Origin: Planctomycetota bacterium | GTDB lineage: Bacteria > Planctomycetota > UBA8742 > UBA2392 | DNA length: 64,000 nt | Assembly (NCBI GenBank): GCA_019636195.1 | Contig: JAHBYA010000001.1 | Span: forward strand, 98,642 to 162,641 | Direction: 5' to 3' | Shown here: positions 28,816-42,790 of the stretch, one piece after another | Layout: each line of letters begins with the position of its first letter | Position numbering within the stretch: the first letter of the stretch is position 1 | Program-made: the position numbers and the translations under genes | The notes under the pieces: model-generated | Database searches by the model: none | Told to the model about the DNA's origin: nothing | Seen by the model: the letters and a program-made list of their open reading frames with translations, nothing else

Positions 28816-30050
28816 TGGCTGCCCAGGGACGCGATGCGCTTGTCGCGCAGTTGTTCCCACTCCAGGGCCATGGCTTCGTGGTAGGCGGCGGCCTTGCGCT
28901 CGCCGACACGCGAGTAGGTGTCAGCGGCGTTGAGTTCGCGCCGGATCATCACGTCGTAAATCTGGGTTGCCAGCAGCAGGAATTCTTCGTGCAGGCCTTT
29001 GGGGATGTTGGTGTTCTCGACGCGGTAGATTTCGTACTCGCCAATCAATTCAAGGGCGCGCTCGTAGTACGTGAGGTCGTAGATGAAACCCTTGCTGGTG
29101 GCCATGGTCTGGTGGATTTGCCACAGCAGCGCAAACGGCCGCCAACGCGTATCAGTGTCGCGCAGGCCTGCACCGCGGTAAAGCCACCCGAAGGTCTGGG
29201 CCGCAATCGGCGCCGCGCCGTTGCGCCGCTGCGCGCTGCCCATGATGAAAAGGGTGTCGCCCTTGATGCCCGGCGGCGGATTGACCGCCAGCAGGTCTTC
29301 ACAGATCTCGATCGTCTGTGAAAACTCGCGAGAAGCGTACATCAACCAGCACACATCGCGCGCCAACTCGGTTACCTGCTGCCGGTATTCGCGCAACTGA
29401 AGCGTCGGCAGGTAATAGGTTGTCAGGATGTTCACATCGTACTGGGCCGCGTTCAGCCGGCCCTGGTTGTACAGGGTGTCGGCATCCGGGGCCAGCCGAT
29501 CAATGAACGACTGCACGGTAAGCGAGCGCAGGGTGGTCAACGTTTCGCGTGTTTCGCCGCCTTTGGCAAACAGCGCGACAATGCGCGGGTCGTGGTCGGG
29601 CGCCAGGTACAGCATCATCCACTGGTTGATCGGCACGGCGCGCGAGAATGCGCCCTCTGCGCCGCTTCGGCCGGCTTCAAGGTTTGAGCGCACGCGCATC
29701 AGCAGCGCATCCACGATGCGTGAGCCTTCGGGCCACAGCAGGGTCATCTGGGTGCATAGCGTGATGCACTCGTCCCAGCGCCCCTCGCGAAATGCCTTGT
29801 CCGCTGCGGTCCAGGTGGCCTGTTCGCTGCTGTCGGTTTGCGCGCCATCGCGCGTGATGCCCACGCCGGGCTTGTAAACCAGCGTGCCCTTGCCGGCTGG
29901 GCCCTCATACATCGGGTCGGGGCCGGTTGAACACCCGAGCACACAAAGCAGGCCAAAAACCGCAAGCAACGCCGGCACCCGGGGGCGCATCGGCGCTGCG
30001 TCAGAAGCGGAAGTTCGGCGTTTGCTCATGTGCGGTCTTGCCTGTTTCAT
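28812..30050 (-). CDS. Hypothetical lipoprotein with a helical, TPR-like region
   Basis: Lipobox VLGC after a signal peptide. No catalytic motifs seen. The start may be internal (~29990). Confidence 0.5.
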   Translation of the reverse strand: MKQARPHMSKRRTSASDAAPMRPRVPALLAVFGLLCVLGCSTGPDPMYEGPAGKGTLVYKPGVGITRDGAQTDSSEQATWTAADKAFREGRWDECITLCTQMTLLWPEGSRIVDALLMRVRSNLEAGRSGAEGAFSRAVPINQWMMLYLAPDHDPRIVALFAKGGETRETLTTLRSLTVQSFIDRLAPDADTLYNQGRLNAAQYDVNILTTYYLPTLQLREYRQQVTELARDVCWLMYASREFSQTIEICEDLLAVNPPPGIKGDTLFIMGSAQRRNGAAPIAAQTFGWLYRGAGLRDTDTRWRPFALLWQIHQTMATSKGFIYDLTYYERALELIGEYEIYRVENTNIPKGLHEEFLLLATQIYDVMIRRELNAADTYSRVGERKAAAYHEAMALEWEQLRDKRIASLGSQ

Positions 30051-30790
30051 CCTGCGCTGGTGACTTCCAAAGGTGCGACGGTCCTGAGCCGTCGCCCACC
30101 CTGCATCGCCACCAGCCAGGCGAGAAGGGTAAAGGCCTGTGACCAGCCGTCAACGGCGATTCCGTTGCCGCGTTCATCATTGGCCAGCGCAAGCAGCACC
30201 CGCAACGCCGCGGGCGACAGCCGCACCAGGTCGCGTCGGCCCTGTTCGTGCGGCGGCGCGATCAGCCCCATTTCGCGAAGACTGAAGTACACAGCCACGC
30301 GGCCGGATGGCTCTGCGCCGGTCAGCACGCAGTGGGTCACCGCCGGTTCAACGCCCAGTGCGCGCAACAGCCCCCACGCAAAGCGCGCCGGGGCGGCATG
30401 GGGCTCGGGCCCGACTTCGCGCATGGCCTTCACGGCAAGCAGCATGATGTGCGGAGCATCCTGCGGGCTTACCTCAATGGCGAGCAGCAGTTCACGGATA
30501 GCCTCGACGGCCATGAAGCGCCGAAAATCCGAACGCGATGCCGGGAAGAAATCGACCAGTTCGGCCTGCGCCAGGATGCTGAGCGTGTTCCGGCGCGAAC
30601 GGTCATACAACACGACATTGTAAAGACACATCAGGTCCAGCGGCCCCCCCACGCTGGACTTCTCGCGCTTGGCGCCCTTTGCGATTGCACCCGTGATGCC
30701 CTGCTGGTCGGTCAGCAGGGTCAGAATCTGGCTGGTCTCACTGAAATCAACTTTGCGCAGGCACAGCGCGTTGGTGGTGATCAGGGCCAT
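30047..30790 (-). CDS. recO: DNA repair protein RecO
   Basis: N-terminal OB fold (ITTNALCLRKVDFSETSQILTLLT) and RecO family conservation; 247 aa. Confidence 0.8.
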   Translation of the reverse strand: MALITTNALCLRKVDFSETSQILTLLTDQQGITGAIAKGAKREKSSVGGPLDLMCLYNVVLYDRSRRNTLSILAQAELVDFFPASRSDFRRFMAVEAIRELLLAIEVSPQDAPHIMLLAVKAMREVGPEPHAAPARFAWGLLRALGVEPAVTHCVLTGAEPSGRVAVYFSLREMGLIAPPHEQGRRDLVRLSPAALRVLLALANDERGNGIAVDGWSQAFTLLAWLVAMQGGRRLRTVAPLEVTSAG

Positions 30791-30792
30791 GT

Positions 30793-32133
30793 TCAGCGTT
30801 TGAGTTCGGTTTCCGTGGCGTCGGCCAGCCGCGAAATCCGGACGCGCCGGATGCGCTTCTGGTCGGCTTCGGTGACTGTCAGCCGATAGCCCGGCACATC
30901 CACATGATCGCCGGGGTTGGCCAGCCGACCCAGGTAGTGCAGGATCAGCCCGCCGACGCTGTTGTACTCGGGTGCCTCAGGAAGCTCGATCTCAAGGACG
31001 CGGTTGACCTCATCGAGGTCAACGTCGCCGTCGGCCTCTGCTTCGTCGTTTGAGAAAGGAAGGATCGCGCGGTGGCTGCGTTCAACCTCGCCGGCATCGT
31101 ACTCGTCCTGAATGTCGCCGACGATTTCTTCAAGGATGTCCTCAAGTGTGATCATGCCGGCTGTCCCGCCCTGCTCGTCGGTGAGAATTGCGATCTTCAG
31201 CCGGTCTGCCCGCATTTCACGCAGAAGGTCGTCCAGCGGCTTGCCGGCCGGCCAGAACCGCGCCGGCCGAATGATCTTGCGCAGTTCAAGCATGCGCTGC
31301 TCGGGCGCTGTGGTCCAGCTGGGCACCAGGTCGCGGGTGTAGAAGACACCGACGATGTGGTCACGGTCGCCTTCATAGACCGGGATGCGGCTGTGCCCGT
31401 TTTCGATGGCGAGCTTAAGCGCACCCTCGATGCCGTCCTGCACATCCACACAGATCATGTCGGTGCGTGGAATCATGGCGCGGCTGGCCGGCGTTTTGCC
31501 CAGTTCGACGACGTTGTGGATCATTTCGCGTTCGTCTTCGTCCAGCACACCCTCGCGTTCCGCGCCTTCAAGGCTGTCTGCCAGTTCGTCTTCAAAGGAC
31601 TCTTCGGGCGTTTCTTCCGCGTTCACGCCCTCAATCCGCGCGCCGATGCGCCGCAGGCTGCCGCCGATTGCAGTCAAGGGCTTGAACGGGATGGCCACTG
31701 CCGCAAAGGTCGGCAACAGCACCAGCAGCGCCGCCTCTTCACGGTGGCGCAGGATCAGCGGCGGCACGATAATCACGCACACCACCAGCGAAATCACGGT
31801 GGCTGCCGCAACAACGGGCATGCCGAGTGTCAGGATGTCCACGATTGCGACGTTCGGCCCCTGCGGAAGGACAATCGCGGTCCAGCTCAACGAGTGCAGC
31901 ACAAACCCGAAAATGCGCCCTACTTCAGCCACCTGGATAAACTCGTCATCGCGCGCGCACAGGTCTTCAAACTTGCGCTGGGTGACTTGGTCTGATTCAG
32001 GGATCAGGTCAAACAGGTAGGACAGCGCGTAGTTGTGCAGCGCCTCGCCGACCACCGAGACGTAGGCGATCCAGCAAAACGAGAGAATCACCCCCGTCAC
32101 GCCGAACCAGAACGCCGCACTTTCAATGTCCAA
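30793..32133 (-). CDS. CNNM/HlyC-CorC family transporter (DUF21 + CBS pair + CorC_HlyC domains)
   Basis: N-terminal 4-TM DUF21 domain, tandem CBS domains, and a C-terminal transporter-associated domain. Confidence 0.75.
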   Translation of the reverse strand: MDIESAAFWFGVTGVILSFCWIAYVSVVGEALHNYALSYLFDLIPESDQVTQRKFEDLCARDDEFIQVAEVGRIFGFVLHSLSWTAIVLPQGPNVAIVDILTLGMPVVAAATVISLVVCVIIVPPLILRHREEAALLVLLPTFAAVAIPFKPLTAIGGSLRRIGARIEGVNAEETPEESFEDELADSLEGAEREGVLDEDEREMIHNVVELGKTPASRAMIPRTDMICVDVQDGIEGALKLAIENGHSRIPVYEGDRDHIVGVFYTRDLVPSWTTAPEQRMLELRKIIRPARFWPAGKPLDDLLREMRADRLKIAILTDEQGGTAGMITLEDILEEIVGDIQDEYDAGEVERSHRAILPFSNDEAEADGDVDLDEVNRVLEIELPEAPEYNSVGGLILHYLGRLANPGDHVDVPGYRLTVTEADQKRIRRVRISRLADATETELKR

Positions 32134-32208
32134 GGCTGCTCCTTGCGGGCGCCCGATTGTGCCGGCATGCCCGCGCGCCTACCATGTCGTCACGCGCGAG
32201 GACTCGTC

Positions 32209-32466
32209 ATGACATCCAAGAGCAGTGACGTGTACGACTACTATTATGAGAACTACCTCATTCTCTACAACCTGTATGGCAGGGGAAGACCCCGTGTTTC
32301 GCGTGAGCAATATGAGCAACTTGACGCGGAACTGATGCAGATCGTCGCGCGCGGCGAAAGCAGCGAGTTGAACCGCGAAGACATCGTGCGCGTCCGCGAC
32401 ATCGAATACATCCTTATGGACGACGTGGCCGAAGCGCTGCTGGACCGGCCCGGTGCCCGCAGTTGA
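32209..32466 (+). CDS. Small hypothetical protein (85 aa), Tyr-rich at the N-terminus
   Basis: An ATG with an AGGA ribosome-binding site ~10 nt upstream. No known family. Confidence 0.3.
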   Translation: MTSKSSDVYDYYYENYLILYNLYGRGRPRVSREQYEQLDAELMQIVARGESSELNREDIVRVRDIEYILMDDVAEALLDRPGARS

Positions 32467-32530
32467 CCGCAATTGCTCAACCCGTTCCCTTCGCTTTTCC
32501 GATAGCTAAAACCGGCGCCGGAGACGTACC

Positions 32531-34357
32531 GTGTGCGGAATTGTTGCTTATGTGGGGCCGCGCGAGGCCACCGAAGTCCTGCTTGAGGGCCTGCGCCGCC
32601 TTGAGTATCGCGGCTACGACTCCGCGGGCGTGGCTGTCATGAACGGCAGTGGCATTTCCGTGCGCAAGGCGGTCGGCCGTCTTTCCGCGCTGGAGCATGA
32701 GCTTGCAGGCAATGCCCTGCACGGCGGCCTTGGTATCGGCCACACGCGCTGGGCTACCCACGGCGCCCCCAGCGTAGCCAACAGCCACCCTCACATCAGC
32801 TACGACGGCAAAGTCGGCGTGATCCACAACGGCATCGTTGAAAACTACCGCGAGCTCAAAAACGAACTGCTTGCGCAAGGCGTGACCTTCAAGAGCGACA
32901 CCGACACTGAAGTTGTCGCGCACCTGGTAGCCCGCGAGTTCAGGGGCGACCTGAAAGCCGCGCTGGCTGGGGTACTAAAGCGCTTGCGCGGGGCCTACGC
33001 GCTGGCCTTGTGCCACGTGGACCAGCCGGATCGTGTGGTCGCCACTCGCATGGGCAGCCCGCTGGTCGTGGGCCTGGGTGACGGTGAGAACTTCATTGCC
33101 AGCGACGTTCCCGCGCTGCTCAAGTACACGCGCCGCGTGATCTTCCTGGACGAAGGGCAGATTGCCGAGATCACCCGCGACGGCGTGCACCTGTATGACC
33201 GCGAGTTGCGCGAGGTGAAGGGCAAAGAAGTCCGCACAAGCCTGACGCTTGAAGCCGCCGAGAAAGAGGGCTACGAGCACTTCATGCTCAAGGAGATCCA
33301 TGAGCAACCCCATGCCATCGCTGAGACGATCCGGGGCCGCGTCACGGACGAGCGGGTTGACCTGTCAGAGTTGGGGCTTGACCCGGCTGTGCTGAAGGGC
33401 GTGCGGCGCATCGCTGTGGTTGCTTGCGGCACCAGCCTGTACTCAGGCATGGTGGGCAAGTACCTGATTGAACATTTTACAAAGCTGCCGACGGAAACTT
33501 GGAGCGCCAGTGAGTTCCGGTATGCCGACCCCGTGATTGACCCCAGCCTGCTTGTGATTGCCGTAAGCCAGAGCGGCGAAACCGCCGACACGCTTGAGGC
33601 GCTGCGCATCTGCAAACAGCGCGGCGCGCGCACGCTGGCTGTGTGCAACGTCATGGGCAGCAGCATTCCGCGCACCGTGGACGCGACGCTGTACACCCGC
33701 GCCGGGCCCGAAATCGGCGTGGCCAGCACCAAGGCCTACACCACGCAGCTTGCGGCGTTCGCGCTGCTGGCGGTCGGTCTGGGCCGCATGCTGGGCACCG
33801 CCGACGCCGCCGACGAAGCGCGCATTGTGCGCGGCCTTGAGGCGCTGCCCGCGCAGGTGAAGGCCCTGCTGACGGACGACATTGTAGCCGTCAAGCGTTG
33901 CGCCAAGCGCTACAAGGATGTCTTCAACTTCATGTACATCGGGCGGCACTACAACTACCCGACGGCCATGGAAGGCGCGCTGAAGTTGAAGGAAATCAGC
34001 TACATCCACGCCGAAGGCTACGCCGGCGGCGAAATGAAGCACGGGCCGCTGGCTCTGGTTGAAGACACGTTTCCGACCATTGCCATCGCCCCCCGCGGCC
34101 GCACCCGCGAGAAAATGGTCAGCAACGTGCAAGAGGTAAAGGCGCGCAAAGGCGTGGTCGTGATCGTCAGTACCCACGGCGACGAAGAAGCGCGCGAATT
34201 GGCGGACTACCTGATTGAGATACCCGACTGCGAAGAAGAACTGTCGCCGATTCTGGCCATCGTGCCCCTGCAATTGCTGGCCTACTACACAGCCACCCAG
34301 CTGGGCCGTGACGTGGACAAGCCCCGCAACCTGGCCAAGTCCGTAACCGTTGAATAG
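32531..34357 (+). CDS. glmS: Glutamine--fructose-6-phosphate aminotransferase (isomerizing)
   Basis: GTG start giving Met-Cys (N-terminal nucleophile Cys). GATase-2 domain and two SIS domains; 608 aa. Confidence 0.9.
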   Translation: MCGIVAYVGPREATEVLLEGLRRLEYRGYDSAGVAVMNGSGISVRKAVGRLSALEHELAGNALHGGLGIGHTRWATHGAPSVANSHPHISYDGKVGVIHNGIVENYRELKNELLAQGVTFKSDTDTEVVAHLVAREFRGDLKAALAGVLKRLRGAYALALCHVDQPDRVVATRMGSPLVVGLGDGENFIASDVPALLKYTRRVIFLDEGQIAEITRDGVHLYDRELREVKGKEVRTSLTLEAAEKEGYEHFMLKEIHEQPHAIAETIRGRVTDERVDLSELGLDPAVLKGVRRIAVVACGTSLYSGMVGKYLIEHFTKLPTETWSASEFRYADPVIDPSLLVIAVSQSGETADTLEALRICKQRGARTLAVCNVMGSSIPRTVDATLYTRAGPEIGVASTKAYTTQLAAFALLAVGLGRMLGTADAADEARIVRGLEALPAQVKALLTDDIVAVKRCAKRYKDVFNFMYIGRHYNYPTAMEGALKLKEISYIHAEGYAGGEMKHGPLALVEDTFPTIAIAPRGRTREKMVSNVQEVKARKGVVVIVSTHGDEEARELADYLIEIPDCEEELSPILAIVPLQLLAYYTATQLGRDVDKPRNLAKSVTVE

Positions 34358-34410
34358 CAGCCGTTCAGCCGCTACCCTGTAGTGTCCCCGCTTCCCCGAT
34401 AAGGCCGTGC

Positions 34411-35805
34411 GTGAAGGCCCGTTTACTGGTTTTTTGCCTGCTGCTGCTTGCCGCCTGTGCGGCCCAGCCGCCCGTTGAAAGCAGGCAAGAAGGCTTTGTC
34501 GCCGCAGACGCCGATGAGTCGGCGCCGCACCGCACCTCAGAGGGCCCGCGCGCGGACCTCTCGCTTACCGCTCAAGAAGAAGCAAACGTCGCCTTGCTGA
34601 TCAACCGGCTTGGAAGCACGCCCGAAATGGCGGCGCGAGACGCCGTGATCCGCGAGCTGATTTCTCTGGGCCCGCGCTATCTGCCGTTCTACCGCAAAGT
34701 CAACGATGAAGCGGTGGCAATGGACATGCTGTACGTAATCCACCGCATTGAGCTGGCGCAGGATCGCCGGCCCGCTGCCACCGTGGAGGAAAAGCCCGCC
34801 GACACCAGCGGCGCTGCGGCTGAGGCCGGGCCGCGCCACCCAGCCAGCTTCACGGGCGATGACTTTGACCGTGACGAAGCCGAACGGTTCATGGCCACGC
34901 GCCTCAAGCAGGCGCAGACGCTGCTGGATGGCGGGCGCTACGACCAGGCCATACGCATCGCGGAAGCGGCGATTGTGCTGATGCCGGACAGCAGGTGGCG
35001 CCCCGAGTTCAACGCGCTGATCGTAAAGGCTCGCGGCGAAGGGCAAGCGGAGTTGCTGATCGCCGGCACCATCGTGCTTGAGCCGGCGGCGCTGCGTTTT
35101 GCCGCTACCGAGCGCGGGGCGGCCTTTCAGTCGCCGTTGACCATCCGCTGCTACCTTAAGAACGTGTCGGCGCAGGAGATTACTTTGCGGCTGTACGAAG
35201 GTCCCGGCAAGGAAAGCCTGCTGCAGCTCAACGTGCGCTACGAGCAAACGGACTTTCAGGGCAACATCCTGATGCAGACCGGCAATGTCCGCGTGCCGAT
35301 TGACTCGGGCGGGGCCATCACGCTGGCGCCGAGTTCGAGCCATGAAATCAGTGTGCCGCTGGCTGGCCTGTCGTCGCTGGATGCCGATGCTTCCCTGAAA
35401 ATGGCGCTCGGCGTCGCGCACATTGATGCCGCCCTGCGGGTGTATGGCGCGTTGGACGATGCCGGCAGGCCGTTGGTGCTGCGCCCGGTCCGGTTTGCAC
35501 GCCAGAGCATCCGGGTGTTCCCCCACGCCTTTGACCTGGACGCGGCCCTGGAAAAGCCGCTGGCGACGCTGCGCGAGTACATTCGGCTTGGCAAGGCGCA
35601 GGAGGTCTTCCTGTGCGCGCACGTGATTGAGCAACGCAACCTGCGCGCCGCAGGAGATATCCTGCTGGGCCGCGACATCAGCGAAAGCAGTTTGCCGGTC
35701 CAGCGCGCGCGACTGCGCGCCATGCATGCCCTGTTCAATGTCGGGGCAACCTGGGACCTTAAGAAGTGGCAGGACTGGTGGGCGGATAACCGCCTCAAGA
35801 ACTAG
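34411..35805 (+). CDS. Hypothetical lipoprotein
   Basis: Lipobox LLAAC; 464 aa; no recognised domains. Confidence 0.5.
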   Translation: MKARLLVFCLLLLAACAAQPPVESRQEGFVAADADESAPHRTSEGPRADLSLTAQEEANVALLINRLGSTPEMAARDAVIRELISLGPRYLPFYRKVNDEAVAMDMLYVIHRIELAQDRRPAATVEEKPADTSGAAAEAGPRHPASFTGDDFDRDEAERFMATRLKQAQTLLDGGRYDQAIRIAEAAIVLMPDSRWRPEFNALIVKARGEGQAELLIAGTIVLEPAALRFAATERGAAFQSPLTIRCYLKNVSAQEITLRLYEGPGKESLLQLNVRYEQTDFQGNILMQTGNVRVPIDSGGAITLAPSSSHEISVPLAGLSSLDADASLKMALGVAHIDAALRVYGALDDAGRPLVLRPVRFARQSIRVFPHAFDLDAALEKPLATLREYIRLGKAQEVFLCAHVIEQRNLRAAGDILLGRDISESSLPVQRARLRAMHALFNVGATWDLKKWQDWWADNRLKN

Positions 35806-35958
35806 CAACCCGGCTTGTGTCCATGACGCGCGGCTGCCTGGTCCGGGGCGAGCGCTACAAACGGTCGGCGGCTTCGTAAGCGACGGTTGCCCCGCGCGCT
35901 TTCATACTCAAACCCGTGTGCTACACTCAGCGCCCACTTTTTGGACGCGGGAGCAGAG

Positions 35959-36813
35959 ATGGCGGCTATTCAACGGGTCGGCGTGATCGGCGCCGGGCAG
36001 ATGGGCAATGGCATCGCACAGGTGTTCGCGCAGGGCGGACGCCATGTGGTGATGATTGATGTGAATGATGCGGCCCTGAAGCGGGGCATGGAAACAGTCC
36101 AGAAGAGCCTCGGCAAACTTGTTGAGAAGGGAAAGCTCCAGCCCCCGCAGATGGGCAACGCCCTCAGCCTGATTGCCCCCGGCACGGACTACGCGGCCCT
36201 GAAGGACCGGCAACTGATCATTGAAGCGGCCACAGAGAACCTCGATCTCAAGCGCAAGATCTTCGAGCAAGTGAAGGTTGTGGCCGCGGACGACGCGATC
36301 ATCGCCACCAATACCAGCAGCATCAGCATCACCACACTGGCGGCGGGCGTGAAGAACCCCGCGCGCTTCATCGGCATGCACTTCATGAATCCTGTGCCGC
36401 TGATGCAGCTGGTTGAAGTCATCCGCGGGCTGGACACCGACGACGGGACGTTCAATGCGGTCATGGAAACTGCCGCCGCGCTGGGCAAGACGCCCGTGGC
36501 CTGCAACGACTCGCCCGGCTTTGTCAGCAACCGCGTGCTGCTGCCGATGATCAACGAGGCGATCTTTGCGCTGCACGAAGGCGTTGCCAGCGCCGAGGCC
36601 ATTGACCAGATCATGAAACTGGGCATGAACCACCCCATTGGCCCGCTGGCACTGGCGGACCTGATTGGCCTCGACACATGCCTCAGCATCCTCGAAGTCC
36701 TGCACCGCGACCTGGGCGACAGCAAGTACCGCCCCTGCCCGCTGCTGCGGAAGTACGTCGCCGCGGGGCATCTGGGCCGCAAGACCAAACGCGGTTTTTA
36801 CAAGTACGAGTAA
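35959..36813 (+). CDS. hbd: 3-hydroxybutyryl-CoA / 3-hydroxyacyl-CoA dehydrogenase
   Basis: NAD-binding [13 protein letters not shown] and 3HCDH N- and C-domain conservation. GGAG ribosome-binding site before the ATG at 35959. Confidence 0.8.
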   Translation: MAAIQRVGVIGAGQMGNGIAQVFAQGGRHVVMIDVNDAALKRGMETVQKSLGKLVEKGKLQPPQMGNALSLIAPGTDYAALKDRQLIIEAATENLDLKRKIFEQVKVVAADDAIIATNTSSISITTLAAGVKNPARFIGMHFMNPVPLMQLVEVIRGLDTDDGTFNAVMETAAALGKTPVACNDSPGFVSNRVLLPMINEAIFALHEGVASAEAIDQIMKLGMNHPIGPLALADLIGLDTCLSILEVLHRDLGDSKYRPCPLLRKYVAAGHLGRKTKRGFYKYE

Positions 36814-36827
36814 GCCGGAGCTGAAAC

Positions 36828-38186
36828 ATGAACCAGCCCCCCAACCAGTCGCCTTCGGGCATGAATGTACCGCCGGGTTACGGCCCGCCGCCGGGCTATC
36901 CGCCGCAGTCGGGGCCGATGCCGCAATCGGGAAGTTACCCGCCCCCGCCGCAGTCGGGCGTGCACGGCAACCCGTACGGGCCGCCGCCGATCCAGCACCA
37001 CCCAGGCTTTCGCGGCATGACGCGCCAGATTTTCAATCCTGCCAGCTACCGGCAGACGGGCAGCGGGTCGTGGGCCGCGAGCAGCCTGATCATTTCGCTG
37101 GTCAGCTTCATCTTTTGCGGCTTCCTGTCGCCGATTTCACTGGTGCTGGGCATGGTCGGGCTGGTCGGCAACAAGCGCGCCAAGGGCATGAGCTTCGCCG
37201 GCGTGCTGATTTCGCTGGTGCAGATCGGCTTCTGGGCCATCGTCTTTATCGCCGGTGCATGGACGATGATGTACACCGAGGACTACGCCAACCAGGCCGG
37301 CGCCCCGGTGGTCGCAGCGATTGAGCAGTTCCAGTCCGAAAACCAGCGTGTGCCCCACAGCCTTGATGAGCTGGTGGCCGGCGGCTACCTGCCCACCACA
37401 TGGGACCACGGAGTCGATGATCTGGCTGGCCCGGTTCAGGAATCAATCAAGGGCAAGAAGTGGTCGGACTTCCTGCGCTACAAGGCGGGCGCCAACGCGG
37501 ACTGGGACGGCAGCGGATGGGACGGCACCGTCAGATTCAATGACGGTTCGTTGACAGTGGACTTCAAGTCCGGCGGCAACAAAGAGCACAAGACGTACGG
37601 GTTGGTGTTCATCGGCATTGACGGGATCGCCGGTACCAGCGACGACGCCAAGGTCAACCAGAAGCCGGCGACCAAGTTTGACCTGAGCCGGCTCTGGAGC
37701 GGCGACGAGACCACGCGCCAAGCCATGAAGTCGCGGCACGAACTTCAGGGCATGATCAACAAGATCGACAACAAGCTGACCGAAGTGAACGCCGCGATCG
37801 AAAAGAGCGAGGGCAAACTCGCTGAACACAAGCAGAAGATCAAGTCCATCATGGACCGCAAGAAGATCCGCACCTTTGAACAAGCCCGCGAGGACGACGA
37901 GGCCGGCGAGTGGATCCAGCTGGCTGGCGAAACTGCGCGGCTGGTGCAAGCCTTCCAGAACAAGGCAAACGAACTGGGCCGCACGCGCAACAAGCTTGAG
38001 GTACAGATGGAACGGCTGGGCAACCAGGTCGAAATGGCCAAGCTCGCCGACAGCAAGGAAGAGTTGGCCAAGCTGCAACTGCTGCTTGAGGAAAGCCGCA
38101 AGACGCTGGAGCGCGAAGACAGCGCGTTCGCCAGCAAGTCTGAAGACGAAGCCGCCGAGGAGTGGTTCAGGAAGAACTTCCGGTAA
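36828..38186 (+). CDS. Membrane protein with a Pro/Gly/Gln-rich N-terminus, a DUF4190-like pair of TM helices and a long C-terminal coiled coil
   Basis: PPGYGPPPGYPP repeats. TM helices SLIISLVSFIFCGF and LISLVQIGFWAIVFIAG. Heptad-rich C-terminus. Confidence 0.55.
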   Translation: MNQPPNQSPSGMNVPPGYGPPPGYPPQSGPMPQSGSYPPPPQSGVHGNPYGPPPIQHHPGFRGMTRQIFNPASYRQTGSGSWAASSLIISLVSFIFCGFLSPISLVLGMVGLVGNKRAKGMSFAGVLISLVQIGFWAIVFIAGAWTMMYTEDYANQAGAPVVAAIEQFQSENQRVPHSLDELVAGGYLPTTWDHGVDDLAGPVQESIKGKKWSDFLRYKAGANADWDGSGWDGTVRFNDGSLTVDFKSGGNKEHKTYGLVFIGIDGIAGTSDDAKVNQKPATKFDLSRLWSGDETTRQAMKSRHELQGMINKIDNKLTEVNAAIEKSEGKLAEHKQKIKSIMDRKKIRTFEQAREDDEAGEWIQLAGETARLVQAFQNKANELGRTRNKLEVQMERLGNQVEMAKLADSKEELAKLQLLLEESRKTLEREDSAFASKSEDEAAEEWFRKNFR

Positions 38187-38240
38187 GTCGTGAGGCGCGG
38201 CACGGGTGTCCGCACCCGTGCCGCTTCGCTCAGAAACGCC

Positions 38241-38510
38241 ATGGCCCTTTCCCCTACAGCCGTCAAGTACATCGCCATTGCAATAGTCGTGCTGGTTGCG
38301 TGCCTGCTGATCGTCAGCATCGTCTGGGACGCTTTGAAGCTCGCGATCGGCCTGCTGATCGGGGTAGGGCTGATCTACCTGGGAATTCGCTTTCTCTTCG
38401 GCAAGGGCCTGCCGCCTGCGATGAAGAAAGTCGCCGACAAGGCGCTCAAGACCGGCAAAGAAGTCATGGCCGAAGACGCAAAGGACGACAAGAACGAAGA
38501 GACCAGGTAA
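38241..38510 (+). CDS. Small two-TM membrane protein (hypothetical)
   Basis: The ORF has two hydrophobic helices and a charged C-terminus. The track ORF starts at 38190. Confidence 0.35.
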   Translation: MALSPTAVKYIAIAIVVLVACLLIVSIVWDALKLAIGLLIGVGLIYLGIRFLFGKGLPPAMKKVADKALKTGKEVMAEDAKDDKNEETR

Positions 38511-38572
38511 CGGGCCCAAGACGTAATCAGCGGCAACCTTCGTCATTGCACATTCACCGCTGATCATTACCT

Positions 38573-39516
38573 TTGCTTCCCATGATCTCCGTCCAGCACG
38601 TCTGCAAGAGCTTCCGCAACTTTCGGGCTGTGTGGGATCTTTCGTTTGAGATCGGCAAGGGCGACATCTTCGGCTTCGTGGGCCCCAACGGCGCGGGCAA
38701 AACCACCACGATGCGCATGATGGCCACGCTGCTTGACCCCGACTACGGCGACCTGGTGATTGACGGTGTAAGTGTGCTCGATGAGCCCGAGCACATCCGC
38801 CGCATCATCGGCTACATGCCCGACTATGTCGGTGTGTACGAAGGCGTTGAGATTCGTGAGTACCTTGAGTTCTTTGCAGCCGCCTACCGCATACCCGTCG
38901 AAAAGCGCAAGGCGCTGGTTGACGAGATCATGGAACTCACGGACCTCACCAGCGTCGCAACCAAAGACGTCGCCGTCCTCAGCAAGGGCATGCGCCAGCG
39001 CCTGTGTTTGGCCAAGACACTGGTGCACGACCCGAAAGTGCTGATCCTGGACGAGCCCGCGGCAGGGCTTGACCCTCGCGCGCGCATTGAGTTGCGCCTG
39101 CTGCTGAAAGAGCTGCAAAAGCTGGGCAAGACGATCATCATTTCAAGCCACATCCTGACCGAACTGTCGGACATGTGTAACAGCGTCGGCATCATTGAGC
39201 GCGGCATCATGCTCGCGGCGGGCAACATCCAGGACATTCTCAACCAGCGCAGCGCGGGCCAGACCCGGCAGCAAAAGCTGCTGCTGCGTGTATTGGGCGC
39301 GCCCGACCCGGCAGTAGCGATCCTACGCAGCCTGCCCGACATCGGCGGCGTCGAGATTGACCGCGGCTTGATTGTGTTCAACTTTCTGCAGCCGATTGAA
39401 AGCAACCCGGGCTTGCTGGGTGAGTTGCTGAACCGCGGCGTCCCGGTCGTAACACTTGCACCCGCCACCCAGAATCTTGAAGACATCTTCCTCGATGTCA
39501 CCAAGGGCATCATCGC

Positions 39517-39520
<4 letters not shown>
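38573..39520 (+). CDS. ABC transporter ATP-binding protein (ABC-2 / NatA / CcmA-like) with no permease gene adjacent
   Basis: Walker A GPNGAGKTT, signature LSKGMRQRL, Walker B ILDEPAAGLD. Confidence 0.8.
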
Positions 39521-42475
<2,955 letters not shown>

Positions 42476-42634
42476 CGGTCAGACTATACAATTCTGTGCG
42501 ACAATGGAAAGGGCTGTCGGGCTGCAAACCCGCTTGAAATAAGGTGTTAGCGAGCTTTTGAGCAGCTGTGGATAAGTAGTTTTTCGGCCATCCGGCAGCG
42601 CTAAACCGCAACTTTGGGGCTGATGCGTCAGGTA

Positions 42635-42762
42635 TGGCGTAAGGAGAGGGATTCGAACCTCAGAACAGTCCAGCGGACTGTTTTGACCGCGCAGCAGCCC
42701 GGCCAAAGCCCGCCCCAAAGGCGGGCGACGCCGGGCGTAAGCGAAGCGGTTGCGCGACCGCC
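42635..42762 (-). repeat. Structured ~130-nt element immediately 3' of tRNA-Ser. It is related to the element 3' of tRNA-Ala and ends in a mimic of a tRNA 3' end (…GGTTCGAATCCCTCTCCTTACGCCA).
   Basis: About 85% identity to 60731-60833 over ~100 nt, including conserved hairpins GCCCGCC…GGCGGGC and ACAGTCCGC.GGACTGT. Confidence 0.5.
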
Positions 42763-42790
42763 ACTCCGCTGCGAACGTCAGGGAGAAGGA

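Noticed and set aside
32467-32530. Possible glmS ribozyme upstream of glmS
   Set aside because: Only 64 nt lie between the small ORF and glmS. This is too short for the ~170-nt ribozyme and lacks its conserved core. The organism appears to be a diderm, where the ribozyme is not expected.
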